A DNA stretch of 64,000 bases, from NCBI GenBank assembly GCA_965219385.1, contig CBDCNM010000002.1, positions 468,639 to 532,638 on the forward strand. Reading direction: 5' to 3'. Of this stretch, positions 1-9,543 are shown in pieces. A program made the translations under genes and the position numbers. This DNA comes from Candidatus Latescibacterota bacterium. Its GTDB lineage: Bacteria > Latescibacterota > UBA2968 > UBA8231. The notes below the pieces were generated by a model. The model was not told the origin of the DNA and did no database searches. It was given only the letters and a program-made list of their open reading frames with translations. Every line of letters starts with the position of its first letter. The stretch's first letter is position 1.

Positions 1-684
1 GACCAGGCCGCAAAGGATCCCTTCATCGTCGGTCTCGTCGGCCAGCTGGACCCTTTTACAGATCAATTTGTCCGCGATCTAGATCGCTTTGCCGCCAGCC
101 CGCTGTTCAATGGATTCCGCCTCCACATGAATTGCTGTCGGGACTACAGCGGCACCCCTCGACAGACCAGGGACGACCTCTCTCCCCGGCTGCTCGCCAG
201 CCTCGAACTCCTCGTGGGCCGGGACCTGGCCCTCGACTTTCACGGCAGTTATCCAGACCTCGACTACGTCGCCACACTCCTCCACCGGATTCCCGGACTG
301 CGCGTGGTGCTCAACCACATCGCCGAGGGCCGCCCCATCGATGGCAAAGAGCCGAATCCGGAGTGGGCCCGGCGCGTGCGAGACATCGCCGTATGGCCCC
401 AGGTCTACTGCAAGGTTTCCGCCCTAGTCCAGATGACCACAACTTTACCGGCCCCCGCCGATGTCGAGTTCTATCGGCCGGTGCTCGAGGTGCTGTGGAA
501 CGCCTTTGGCCCGGATCGCCTGATCTACGCGAGCAACTGGCCGCAAATCGAACGCTTCAGCGATTTTGCCACCGCCCACCGGATCGCCGCCCGCTACTTC
601 GAAGACAAGGGCGGCGAGGCCGCGGCAAAGTTCTTCTGGAAGAATTCCCGGGCTGTGTACCGGTGGGTGGAGCGGGGGCAATAA
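1..684 (+). CDS. Amidohydrolase_2 family protein (L-fuconolactonase-like), 5' partial
   Basis: Frame is open from base 1 (DQAAKDPFIVGLVG...GFRLH). Motifs LRVVLNH, VYCKVS and AFGPDRLIYASNWP are typical of this family. Confidence 0.8.
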   Translation, partial: DQAAKDPFIVGLVGQLDPFTDQFVRDLDRFAASPLFNGFRLHMNCCRDYSGTPRQTRDDLSPRLLASLELLVGRDLALDFHGSYPDLDYVATLLHRIPGLRVVLNHIAEGRPIDGKEPNPEWARRVRDIAVWPQVYCKVSALVQMTTTLPAPADVEFYRPVLEVLWNAFGPDRLIYASNWPQIERFSDFATAHRIAARYFEDKGGEAAAKFFWKNSRAVYRWVERGQ

Positions 685-693
685 GAAAAACCC

Positions 694-838
694 ATGCTCG
701 CGGCAGAACAACTGCAAAAATTCACCGAAGACGGTTACCTGCCGCAGTGCAGACCCGGCCCGGGTCGAAAGCTGGGAGCAATGGCGCCAGCGCTGGCAGA
801 CGCGCGATGGCCAGCAGGGGTTGGGGGCAAATGAATAA
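694..838 (+). pseudogene. Internally deleted phytanoyl-CoA dioxygenase (PhyH)-like remnant
   Basis: ATG 694 gives MLAAEQLQKFTEDGYL (PhyH-like N-terminus). It joins out of frame to RSADPARVESWEQWRQRW (PhyH-like C-terminus), whose stop overlaps the topB start. Confidence 0.45.
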
Positions 839-3263
839 AACCATCGTGGTAGCGGAAAAGCCCAGCGTCGCCCGGGACATTGCCCGGGTCCTGGGCGCCT
901 CTGGCAAGGGCAACGGCCTGCTGCACGGCAACGGCTACGCCGTGACCTGGGCCCTGGGCCACCTGGTCCACCTGGCCGAGCCCGACGACTACGGCCCGCC
1001 CTGGAAGGGCCGCTGGTCCCTGGAGCCCCTGCCCATGGTACCCGGGCCCTGGAAGCTCCGCACCAGCAAGTCCACGCGGAACCAGTACAATATCGTCAAA
1101 AATTTGCTCAATGATCCCGATACCACTGCAATCATCTGCGCCACCGACGCCGGACGCGAAGGCGAGCACATCTTCCGCCTGATCCACCAGCACGCCGGCT
1201 GCAAAAAACCCTTCCGCCGGCTATGGGTCTCCAGCCTCACCGACCGGGCCATCCGCCACGGGTTGCAAAACCTGCAACCCGGCAGCGCCTTCGACGATCT
1301 GGCCCGGGCCGCCCGGGCCCGGGCCCAGGCCGACTGGCTGGTGGGCCTCAACCTCACCCGCGCCTACACCGTCCACAACAAGGTGCTGTGCACCATTGGC
1401 CGGGTGCAGACCCCCACCCTGGCCATGATCGTGCAGCGCGAAGAGAAGATCGCCAGTTTCAAAAAAGCCTACTTCTACGAGCTGGTGGCTCACCTCAAGG
1501 AAGGCTTTCGGGCAAAATACAGCGAGGATGGCCGGACCCGGATTGACGCAAAGGAGCGGGCCGAGGAGTTGCACCGGCGCCTCAGTCCCCACAAGGAGGG
1601 CACGGTCACCCGGGTCGACAAAAAGATCAAAAAACACCGGCCACCGCCCCTCTACGACCTGAACACCTTGCAGCGGGAGGCCAACCAGCGCTTCGGCTTT
1701 ACCGCCTCGCGCACCCTCGAGTACGCCCAGAGCCTCTACGAGACCGATAAACTCATTACCTATCCCCGCACCGAGAGCCGCCACATCTCGCCCGACATGG
1801 TGCCCAAACTGCCCGCCGTGCTCGAAAGGCTGGACCACCCCCAGGCCCAGGAGGCCCTGGAGCGGCTGCGCCAGGGCCACAAACTCGGCAAGGCCCACGT
1901 GGACCAGAACAAGCTGACCGACCACCACGCCATCCTGCCCACCGGACAGGCGCCGTCGTCTCTGTCCCCGCCGCTCAAAAAGGTCTACGACCTGGTGGTC
2001 GCCCGCTTTGTCGCCATCTTCCTGCCCGAAAACGTGGTCGAGGAAACCCTGGTGGAACTGGACATCGGCGGGTCCTGTTTTGTCGCCAAAGGCGCCCTGA
2101 CCCTGGAGCTGGGCTGGAAGATCGCCACTCAGCCTCCCGCCCCCCACGACCAGGAAGAACCCCAGCAGCTGCCGCCTTTGACAAAGGGCCAAAAGGTCCG
2201 GGTTGACGCCATGGAGGTGGTGGAAAAGGAGACCCAGCCTCCCAAGCGCTACACCGACGCCACCCTGTTGAGCGCCATGAAAAACGCCGGGCGCGACATC
2301 GAGGACGAGGCCCTGGCCGAGGCCATGAAGGAATCGGGCCTGGGCACCCCGGCCACCCGCGCCGAAACCATCGAAAAGCTCATCCGCTCGGACCTGATCC
2401 TGCGCGCCAAAAAAGCCCTGGCGCCCACCGCGAAAGGCAAGGCCCTGATCGGGGTGGTGGCCGGGCCCTTAAAAAGCCCGGAACTCACGGGAGAGTGGGA
2501 GCAAAAGCTCAAGGACATCGAGGACGGCCGCCTGGGTGCAGAGCCGTTCTGCCAGTCCATCGTGGACTTTGTCCGCACCCTCATCGCCCAGGTCCCCCAG
2601 AGCCCTGCCCTACCCTCCGAGGTCCGCGCCGCTTCATCACCCTCGCGCCCGGGGCGCAACGGGCGCAGGGGAGGCGCCTCCAACACCCTGGGCCCGTGCC
2701 CGGCCTGCAACAAGGGCCAGATCGTCGAAACCCCCAAAGCCTATGGCTGCAGCCGCTACCAGGAGGGCTGCCCCTTCACCATCTGGAAGACCGTGGCCGG
2801 CAAGAAGCTGACCCTCAACCAGGTGCAGGACCTGATCGCCAAAGGCTACACCGCCACCCTCAGGGGCTTCAAGTCCAAAGCCGGCAAAAAATTCGCCGCG
2901 CGCCTGAAGATGGACCAGCACTTCAAGGTGGTAATGGACTTTGATAACCAGACGTCGGCGCCGAAAAACCACGGTCCGCAAGACTCGACGCCCGCTCTCA
3001 CCTGTCCCAAGTGCGGCCAGGGGCAGATCATCGAAGGCAGGAAGGGCTTTGGCTGCAACCGCTACAGGGAAGGCTGCGACTTTGTGGTGTGGAAGGAGAT
3101 CGCCGGCAAGAAGCTGACCCTCAACCAGATCGAGCGGCTCGTCACAAAAGGAAAGAGCACCCTGCTCAAAGGCTTCAAAAACAAGGCCGGCCGGCCCTTC
3201 CAGGCCTACCTCAAGCTGGAGGACAACGGCCGGATCGGTTTCGAATTCCCCGCGGCGGACTGA
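831..3263 (+). CDS. topB: DNA topoisomerase III with C-terminal Zn-ribbon repeats
   Basis: Motifs AEKPSVA, CATDAGREGE, GRVQTPTL, LITYPRT and GLGTPATRA. Two CPxC..GC.RY.EGC.F..WK repeats. The start is ATG 831, not the ORF-track 132. Confidence 0.93.
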   Translation: MNKTIVVAEKPSVARDIARVLGASGKGNGLLHGNGYAVTWALGHLVHLAEPDDYGPPWKGRWSLEPLPMVPGPWKLRTSKSTRNQYNIVKNLLNDPDTTAIICATDAGREGEHIFRLIHQHAGCKKPFRRLWVSSLTDRAIRHGLQNLQPGSAFDDLARAARARAQADWLVGLNLTRAYTVHNKVLCTIGRVQTPTLAMIVQREEKIASFKKAYFYELVAHLKEGFRAKYSEDGRTRIDAKERAEELHRRLSPHKEGTVTRVDKKIKKHRPPPLYDLNTLQREANQRFGFTASRTLEYAQSLYETDKLITYPRTESRHISPDMVPKLPAVLERLDHPQAQEALERLRQGHKLGKAHVDQNKLTDHHAILPTGQAPSSLSPPLKKVYDLVVARFVAIFLPENVVEETLVELDIGGSCFVAKGALTLELGWKIATQPPAPHDQEEPQQLPPLTKGQKVRVDAMEVVEKETQPPKRYTDATLLSAMKNAGRDIEDEALAEAMKESGLGTPATRAETIEKLIRSDLILRAKKALAPTAKGKALIGVVAGPLKSPELTGEWEQKLKDIEDGRLGAEPFCQSIVDFVRTLIAQVPQSPALPSEVRAASSPSRPGRNGRRGGASNTLGPCPACNKGQIVETPKAYGCSRYQEGCPFTIWKTVAGKKLTLNQVQDLIAKGYTATLRGFKSKAGKKFAARLKMDQHFKVVMDFDNQTSAPKNHGPQDSTPALTCPKCGQGQIIEGRKGFGCNRYREGCDFVVWKEIAGKKLTLNQIERLVTKGKSTLLKGFKNKAGRPFQAYLKLEDNGRIGFEFPAAD

Positions 3264-3312
3264 AACCGCAGGCCGACGACTACCTGCACCTGCAGTTGTG
3301 GGACCACAACAA

Positions 3313-4512
3313 CTATCGATTCCGCGGCAGCAGAAAAACCAGCGGCACCCCCACCAGCATCAAAACCGCGCTACCGGCAAAGGCCAGGCCCAGCCCGAAC
3401 ACATCGCCCACCACCCCCAGCGCAACCACCGCTACGGAACGCACCACAAAACTCATGGACAGATAAAGCCCGCTGGCCAGGGCCCGGTTCTCGGGGAAAC
3501 TCTCCTGCACCAGGGCCAGGGCCACCGGGGCCACCCCCAGCAGGGCAATACCCAGCACCAGCAGGACCACGAACTGGGCCCAGCCCCCGACTCCGAGGAA
3601 TACAAACATAAATCCCGGGGCGGTCAGCAGACAGGTCAACATGACCGGCCGCCGGCCCAGCCGGTCGCTGGTCCACCCCCCCAGCAGGGCGCCGGCCACG
3701 CCCGTGGTCTCCAGCACCGTGAGCGCCGCCCCGGCCAGCCACAGACTGGCACCCTCGTCGGTGAGGAAGGTGGGCAGGAAAATGGTCAGGGCCGCCATCA
3801 TAAAACCGCGGACCACCACGATGCCCACCAGCGGCACCATGATCGGCCGCATGCGCCGCAGGGCCGCCCTCCAGGGCAGACCCGGCTTGCTTTCCGGGGT
3901 ATGCACCCGCACATCGCGGAGCCGGATGTAGAGCAAGACAGAGGCCAGCAAACCGGCCAGCATCAAATAGGGGGTGTCCCGCGGTTTCAGGTGCAAAAAG
4001 GCCGTGACGATCACGATTGGACCCAGGGCACGGCCGATTTCGCCTCCGACCATCCAGAAGCCCAGCCCCCGGCCCAGACTCCGGCCCGAGAGGCGGCCGG
4101 TCATGGCCGGGGCCACCGCGTGGAATCCGGCCGAGCTCAAGCCGGCCGCCGCCAGCAGCAGGGCCAGCACAGCGTAGCTGGAGGCCAGGCCCAGCAGGCT
4201 CATCATCACTCCGGTGATCGCAGGTGCCAGGATCACCAGGTAGCGCAGGCTGAGGCGGTCGGCCAGGTGGCCGATAACCGGCTGCAGCAGGGACGGGGCC
4301 TGCATGAAGACCGTCAGCACCCCGGCCTCGGTGCGGGACAGCGCCAGGTTGGCGATGAAGGCCGGCAGGAGCGGCGGCAGAAAGGAGGTATAGGTATCGT
4401 GGACCACGTGCCCGGCCGCGATGGTGGAGACCCGGTCGGTCTGAAAACGCTCTTGGGAGGCAGGCGGATCCGCGGCCGCGCCGCCCTTTGCACCCTGGTC
4501 TTTCGCCGTCAC
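3313..4512 (-). CDS. MFS transporter (Fsr-like)
   Basis: About 12 hydrophobic segments. Motifs GHVVHD, QPVIGHLADR, AGFH and GGWTSDRLGRR. Confidence 0.85.
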   Translation of the reverse strand: MTAKDQGAKGGAAADPPASQERFQTDRVSTIAAGHVVHDTYTSFLPPLLPAFIANLALSRTEAGVLTVFMQAPSLLQPVIGHLADRLSLRYLVILAPAITGVMMSLLGLASSYAVLALLLAAAGLSSAGFHAVAPAMTGRLSGRSLGRGLGFWMVGGEIGRALGPIVIVTAFLHLKPRDTPYLMLAGLLASVLLYIRLRDVRVHTPESKPGLPWRAALRRMRPIMVPLVGIVVVRGFMMAALTIFLPTFLTDEGASLWLAGAALTVLETTGVAGALLGGWTSDRLGRRPVMLTCLLTAPGFMFVFLGVGGWAQFVVLLVLGIALLGVAPVALALVQESFPENRALASGLYLSMSFVVRSVAVVALGVVGDVFGLGLAFAGSAVLMLVGVPLVFLLPRNR

Positions 4513-5579
4513 CCATCCCCCCTGTACACCCGGGCTAGGCGCGCGGCAATGCCCTCCCAGCCCAGCTCCAGGGCGCGCTCCAGGGCTGCCTGGCCAGCGG
4601 CCTTCAGGTCCTGCCCGCGCACCTCCACCAGGGCCTTTTCCAGTCCCTTTTCATCCCCTGGATCGTAGAGTAGACCCATGCGCTCGTCGATCAACTCGGG
4701 CAGGCACCCCAGCCGCGGCAACACCACGGGCAGGCCAAAAGAAAGCGCCGTGATGGCCGAGCCCGAGGTCAGCACTTCCGAAAACGGCAGCACCGCCACA
4801 TCGGCGCTGTTTATGTAGACCTGGAAATCGGCATTGGCAAAGTAGGGCGAGGTGAAGACGCGGATGCGTTCGTCCTGTTCCGCCAGGGCCTTCAACTCGT
4901 CGGCGTAGTGGGGGTTGAAGGATTGTCGCATCATCAGCACCAGCAGGGCGTCCTGCGCCCCTGTGTTGCCGAAGGCTTCAATCAAGGATTCGATCGACTT
5001 GTAGGTCCGGGCATTGCCGAAGAACAGGTACACGAAGACGCTCTCCGGGATCTCCAGCCGCCGGCGCGCATCCTCCCGAGAGATCTCGTTGGGGAAGGCA
5101 TCCATGAAGTTGCCGTGCGGAATCACGTGCAGGTTTTCGCGGCGGAAAAACACCTTGTGGGCCAGGCCGGCCGCGTACTCGCAGTGGGCGATCACGGCAT
5201 CGGCCTGGCGACAGATCAGGTGCCGGGCCAGGCGGTCCATCGGCGGGAAGGGCCGTTCGTGGGGATAGAAGTTGTGCAGGGTCCAAACGATCCGGAAGCC
5301 GAGGCTGCGGGCAAAGCTCATGTTCTCGGCAAAACAGGTGTAGCGCTCCAGGGTGGCCTCCAGGTCCTCGGCCCGGTAGAACCGGTCCAGCCAGTTCAGG
5401 TGAAGGACCTCGAAGTCGGGCCGCTTTTCCTCCAGCCAGTCGCGCTCGAAATCGTAGTCCCCCAGCTCCAGGTGGATGTCCAGCTTTTCCAGCTCCCGGG
5501 CCAGCAACCCGGCATAGGGGTTGCACCGGTGCTCCAGGGTGAGCCCGCCCACCGCTTCCCAGAAAAACAATACCCGCAT
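4509..5579 (-). CDS. Glycosyltransferase family 4 (GT-B)
   Basis: Motifs NPY, VWTLHN.YPHE, VIPHG, FFG..R.YK, ADVAVLPF...LTSGS and ALSFGLPVV. Confidence 0.85.
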   Translation of the reverse strand: MRVLFFWEAVGGLTLEHRCNPYAGLLARELEKLDIHLELGDYDFERDWLEEKRPDFEVLHLNWLDRFYRAEDLEATLERYTCFAENMSFARSLGFRIVWTLHNFYPHERPFPPMDRLARHLICRQADAVIAHCEYAAGLAHKVFFRRENLHVIPHGNFMDAFPNEISREDARRRLEIPESVFVYLFFGNARTYKSIESLIEAFGNTGAQDALLVLMMRQSFNPHYADELKALAEQDERIRVFTSPYFANADFQVYINSADVAVLPFSEVLTSGSAITALSFGLPVVLPRLGCLPELIDERMGLLYDPGDEKGLEKALVEVRGQDLKAAGQAALERALELGWEGIAARLARVYRGDG

Positions 5580-5582
5580 AGC

Positions 5583-8500
5583 CTACTTCAAAACAACCAG
5601 CCGGCGGGTCTGTTGGTGGGAGCCGGCCTGCAAACGATACAGGTACACCCCGCTGCCCACGGCTCTTCCTTCCTTGTCCCGTCCATCCCACTCGATCCGG
5701 TAAGAGCCGGCCCTTTGCTCCTGATGCACCAGCCGTCGCACCGGCTGACCGGCCACATTGTAGATGGTCAGCTGCACCCAGGCCCTTTGCGGCAACTGGT
5801 AGGGGAGGATGGTGCGGGCATTGAAGGGATTGGGGTAGTTCGGCCCCAGCGCAAAGACCCCCGGCAATCCAACCGCCGCCGCCACCGACGTGGGCAGATC
5901 CGCCCGCCGCCACCGCAAGAGCTGATCAACCCCTACCTCGACCTGGATGCCCTCCTGTCCGTCCGGCCAGACCACCCGCAAGGTATCCACTTCCCCCCGA
6001 AACCCCAGCCCAAAATACACCCTCGGCGCCACCTGGCTGCCATACCCGTAGCCCGAGTGCACCTGCCGGTGCTGTCGCAAGGACCCGGCCACCACCTCGA
6101 TCCGGGCGCCTAACCCGTGCCGGTTGAGCCCCCCCTGCTCCAGGGCCACCTGCAACCAGTGGTGGGGACCCGCCGGGTTGCGGTAGAGCCGGCTGCCCCG
6201 CACATCGGCCACCAGCCAGTCCACATCCCCATCCCCGTCGATGTCCCCGTAGCTCAGAGCCTGCCCGTCGCTTTGAGGCTGCAACCCCAGCAACGCCCCC
6301 ACCGGCCAGAACGCTCCGGCCTGGTTCTGATACACCTCATCGCCGCCCTGGCCTCCTACCGCGGTGGTGGCCAGGTCCACAGCCCCGTCCCCGTCGTAGT
6401 CGAAAAACGCCGCCCCCATGCTCCTCCGGCCCACCGCCGCGGCCGCCACCGGTGCAAACAGGCCGGGGCCCTCATTGTGGTAGAGCCGGTTGGCCGCCCA
6501 GTTGTTGGCCACGAACAGATCCGCATCCCCGTCCCCATCCACATCCCCAAACACCGCTCCCAGGTCGCCGTCGAACCGGGCCAACCCCGCCGCCGCGCTC
6601 TCGTCCACAAAGCCCAACTGCCCGGTCTCGGCCCCCTCATTGCGGTAGAGCCGGCTGCCGCCCTGGACATTGGCCACGAACAGGTCCACGTCGCCGTCCC
6701 CGTCCACGTCCCCCAGGGCCAGCCCCCGACCCCAGCGCGTATCGGCCAGGCCCACCGCCGCGGCCGCTTCGCGGAAACGCGGTGCCGCCGGGGCTTGGGA
6801 ACCCGGGGGGGGCTGGCCGGCCTCATGGCGGAAAAAGCGGTTCACCTTGGTGGCGTTGACCAGGTACAGATCCAGGTCCCCGTCCCCCTCGGCATCGAAA
6901 AACGCGGCGCTTGAGCCCGAATACTTATCGGCCAGGGGGGCCAGGGGCTGCGGATCGGCCTCCAGCGCGGCGGTCACCTCGACAAAGGTGCCTCCATCGT
7001 TGCGCAACATGCGATTGGGCGCGGCCTGGACCAGGTACAGATCCAGGTCCCCGTCCCCGTCGTAATCGCCCAGGGCCAGCCCCCGGCCCCGGTCCTGGAT
7101 GGCCAACCCGGCCGCTTCGGCCCGGTCGGTAAAGCCGTCGCCCTCGTCGTTGCGCAGCAGCGCGTTGGGCCGCCCCCGGCGCACCAGGTACGCGTCCAGA
7201 TCCCCGTCCCCGTCGTAGTCGAACAAGGCCGCCCCCTGGCCATACGACACCGCCGCCTGCGGCAGGGGGACTTGCTCGAAGAGCGGCCCCACCTCCAGCA
7301 GGTGGAACGACAGGGCCGGCTGGTAGATCAGGTTTCCCTGGCCGGTGGGATCCAGGCCCAGGCGGATCTGGTAGACGCCCGGCGTCGGCGGGGTCCACGT
7401 CGGCAGGACCACCGTCCGCACGGCGCGGCCTTGGAGGGGGGGCTCTTCCTGGTCAAACGCGGCCACCACCTCTTGGTCCTGGAGGATCTGGTAGCCCACC
7501 TGAAACGCCTCCGACCCTTTGGGGCCCACATTGACGACCACGGCCTGGGGGACAAACGGCCGCCACACCCGCAGGGGGGGCAGGTCTGCCCGCAACAAAA
7601 GCAGCCGGCCCTCATCCTGGTGCAGGAGCGGCAGGGCGGCGGCCAGCAGAGCGCGAATCGACTCCCGGGTGATATGCCTCATGTCAAAGGGCAGGTAAAT
7701 CGCCCGGTGGACCTCCTCCTCCACGTACAGACCGGCTACCTCGCCCGTTGCGTCCCGCAGCAGGGGCACGGCCTCGGGCCTGGGCCTAAGCACGGCGTGG
7801 TTGACGGTCAGATCCGCGGCGGCGCCGGTCAGCAGCCCCTCGCCCTGGAGGGGGGTGCTATTCCCTCGAAGGTAGATTTCAGTGTGGAAGAGCTCGCCCA
7901 GGAAGGGGCCGATCCTCAGGGGAAAGCGCGAGGCTATGAGCAGCCGCCCTCCCCCCGCTAAAAAGCGGCGAAAGGCCGCCTGGCTGCCCCGGTCCAGATG
8001 CGTGCCCAGCCACAGCACCAGTTGGTCCGCGCCCTGGTACTGGCCCAGCAGGGCCTCGTACACCACCTCATTCTTCCACTCGACCAGATCCACGAAGTTG
8101 GCTTCCAGGCCCATCTCCTGGAGCACGGGGTCGAGGCTTTCCTGGAGAGCCCCCTTCTGTTGCTCGTCGTACTGGGCGCCCACCAGCACCAGCACCCCCC
8201 GCTCGGACAACACCGGTGCGACCCACACACTGGCGCCGTTGAGCAGACTCTCGTGGTCCGCGGTGCGCAGGTGCACGAATAGCTGGTAGTGCCGCGGCTC
8301 GGGCGGCTCGAAGGTAGCCGCGAAGACCTGCTCGCCGGCCCGCTCCTCTACCCGCTGCATGGGCACCTGCATCACCGGCTTCAGGCCGGGTAGGCTGTAA
8401 ACCTGCAGGTCCGCCGCCGCGACCGGGCCCTTAACCCGGGCGCGCACCCGGGCCGTCCGCTCCGCCATCAGCCATAATCCCCCGGCCACAATCGCGTCCT

Positions 8501-9209
8501 CGGGCGGCTCGAGGACGGCCGACTCTACGCCTTCCTGGCGCAGGAACGCCAGGCTGGTCTTGACCAGCGCGCCTAGCGCGGTTTGGTAAGTAAGGTCGAA
8601 AGGCAGGTACATGGCCCGGTGCCCGCCCACATCCACCGCCACCCCGGCCACCTCACCGATGCTGTTGAACAGGATGGGCACAGCCGGGGGCATGGGGTGC
8701 AGCGTAACATGGTTGGAGGCTCTGAACTGGAGGGATTCGCCCATAAGTAGATCGCTCCTGAGCCGCCGGGGCGAACCTACCCTGACGTGGAACACCTCCT
8801 GGAAAAGTTCTCTACCATAAAAGTTGCGGAAGTTGAGGGAAGCGAGAAAGAGCCGGCCGCCCCGCTTCAGGAAGTCGCGCAAGGCCGCATCCACCGGCCA
8901 ATCCATCCTATTTCTCCCTTTCTCCAACCAGAAGACCACACTTCCCTCGTCCGCGGCTTCCTTCAGGATGGTCTCGTACGCCTGAGTCTCCTGGGACTCC
9001 ACATCAAGGAAATAGGCCGTTGTCCCCAGCTCTTGCGTCACGTCCGCAAAGAGGGTGTGCAGGCGGATTTTCTCCCAAGGGGAATAGTCCTCGTCCAGGA
9101 AGACCAGAACCGGCGGCGCGGGCGGGTCGGCCAGAATAGCGCTCGCCAGCAGCACGGTCGGACTGAAACCCAACGGTATCGCAATAGAAAGTATCATCCA
9201 TCGAGTCAT
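5583..9209 (-). CDS. Secreted FG-GAP/VCBS-repeat, ASPIC/UnbV and FlgD-type CTD protein
   Basis: Multiple DYDGDGDLDLY repeats, GLGARIEV...GYGSQ..PRVYFGLG, and C-terminal NYPNPFN...WDGRD..G..VGSGVYLYRL. RBS AGGAGG precedes the start. Confidence 0.85.
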   Translation of the reverse strand: MTRWMILSIAIPLGFSPTVLLASAILADPPAPPVLVFLDEDYSPWEKIRLHTLFADVTQELGTTAYFLDVESQETQAYETILKEAADEGSVVFWLEKGRNRMDWPVDAALRDFLKRGGRLFLASLNFRNFYGRELFQEVFHVRVGSPRRLRSDLLMGESLQFRASNHVTLHPMPPAVPILFNSIGEVAGVAVDVGGHRAMYLPFDLTYQTALGALVKTSLAFLRQEGVESAVLEPPEDAIVAGGLWLMAERTARVRARVKGPVAAADLQVYSLPGLKPVMQVPMQRVEERAGEQVFAATFEPPEPRHYQLFVHLRTADHESLLNGASVWVAPVLSERGVLVLVGAQYDEQQKGALQESLDPVLQEMGLEANFVDLVEWKNEVVYEALLGQYQGADQLVLWLGTHLDRGSQAAFRRFLAGGGRLLIASRFPLRIGPFLGELFHTEIYLRGNSTPLQGEGLLTGAAADLTVNHAVLRPRPEAVPLLRDATGEVAGLYVEEEVHRAIYLPFDMRHITRESIRALLAAALPLLHQDEGRLLLLRADLPPLRVWRPFVPQAVVVNVGPKGSEAFQVGYQILQDQEVVAAFDQEEPPLQGRAVRTVVLPTWTPPTPGVYQIRLGLDPTGQGNLIYQPALSFHLLEVGPLFEQVPLPQAAVSYGQGAALFDYDGDGDLDAYLVRRGRPNALLRNDEGDGFTDRAEAAGLAIQDRGRGLALGDYDGDGDLDLYLVQAAPNRMLRNDGGTFVEVTAALEADPQPLAPLADKYSGSSAAFFDAEGDGDLDLYLVNATKVNRFFRHEAGQPPPGSQAPAAPRFREAAAAVGLADTRWGRGLALGDVDGDGDVDLFVANVQGGSRLYRNEGAETGQLGFVDESAAAGLARFDGDLGAVFGDVDGDGDADLFVANNWAANRLYHNEGPGLFAPVAAAAVGRRSMGAAFFDYDGDGAVDLATTAVGGQGGDEVYQNQAGAFWPVGALLGLQPQSDGQALSYGDIDGDGDVDWLVADVRGSRLYRNPAGPHHWLQVALEQGGLNRHGLGARIEVVAGSLRQHRQVHSGYGYGSQVAPRVYFGLGFRGEVDTLRVVWPDGQEGIQVEVGVDQLLRWRRADLPTSVAAAVGLPGVFALGPNYPNPFNARTILPYQLPQRAWVQLTIYNVAGQPVRRLVHQEQRAGSYRIEWDGRDKEGRAVGSGVYLYRLQAGSHQQTRRLVVLK
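5601..9150. repeat. Dispersed duplication, copy 1 (paralogous to ~19390-22957)
   Basis: Offset is 13789 at the 3' end of the genes. About 1.2 kb appears identical (overlapping ORF translations match), and identity decays toward the gene 5' end. Confidence 0.9.
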
Positions 9210-9225
9210 ATCTTTATCCTCCTAC

Positions 9226-9399
9226 TCAAGGGATGGGACCATCGTTCCCGTTCTTGACGCGGGCTTGGGAAGCGATAGGTGTTTTCACCGGGCCGGCCAC
9301 CTTGGCCGCCGGACCGGCGAGGACCGCGTCCGGTAAGGCCCCGGCCCGGGTTGCCGCGCCCAGCGCGCCCAGCACAACGAGGGTGAGCACAAGCCGCAT
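9226..9399 (-). pseudogene. 57-aa remnant of the M6-protease N-terminus
   Basis: MRLVLTLVVLGALGAATRAGALPDAVLAGPAAKVAGPVKTPIASQARVKNGNDGPIP* with an AGGAGA RBS. It matches PAAKVAVPVKTPIVSQDRVK and NGNDGPNP of the 19372-25542 protein, fused across a deletion. Confidence 0.75.
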
Positions 9400-9543
9400 G
9401 GGTCTCTCCTCATCGGGGATGGCTTCTCAGGCCACCGCATGAGGACAGTATCCAGCTAAAAATAAGACAGATGGACCACTGCCGCCAATCCAAAAAGGTA
9501 GAGAGCACTACGCCGGAGCGACCAAGAGATACATCGTAGCAAT

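Noticed and set aside
132..830. 233-aa N-terminal extension of TopB
   Set aside because: It overlaps the amidohydrolase in another frame and is low-complexity. TopB homology starts at ATG 831.
6200..7240. CCCGTCCCCGTC-type short repeats as a DNA repeat array
   Set aside because: They encode the DxDGDGD motifs of FG-GAP repeats on the minus strand.
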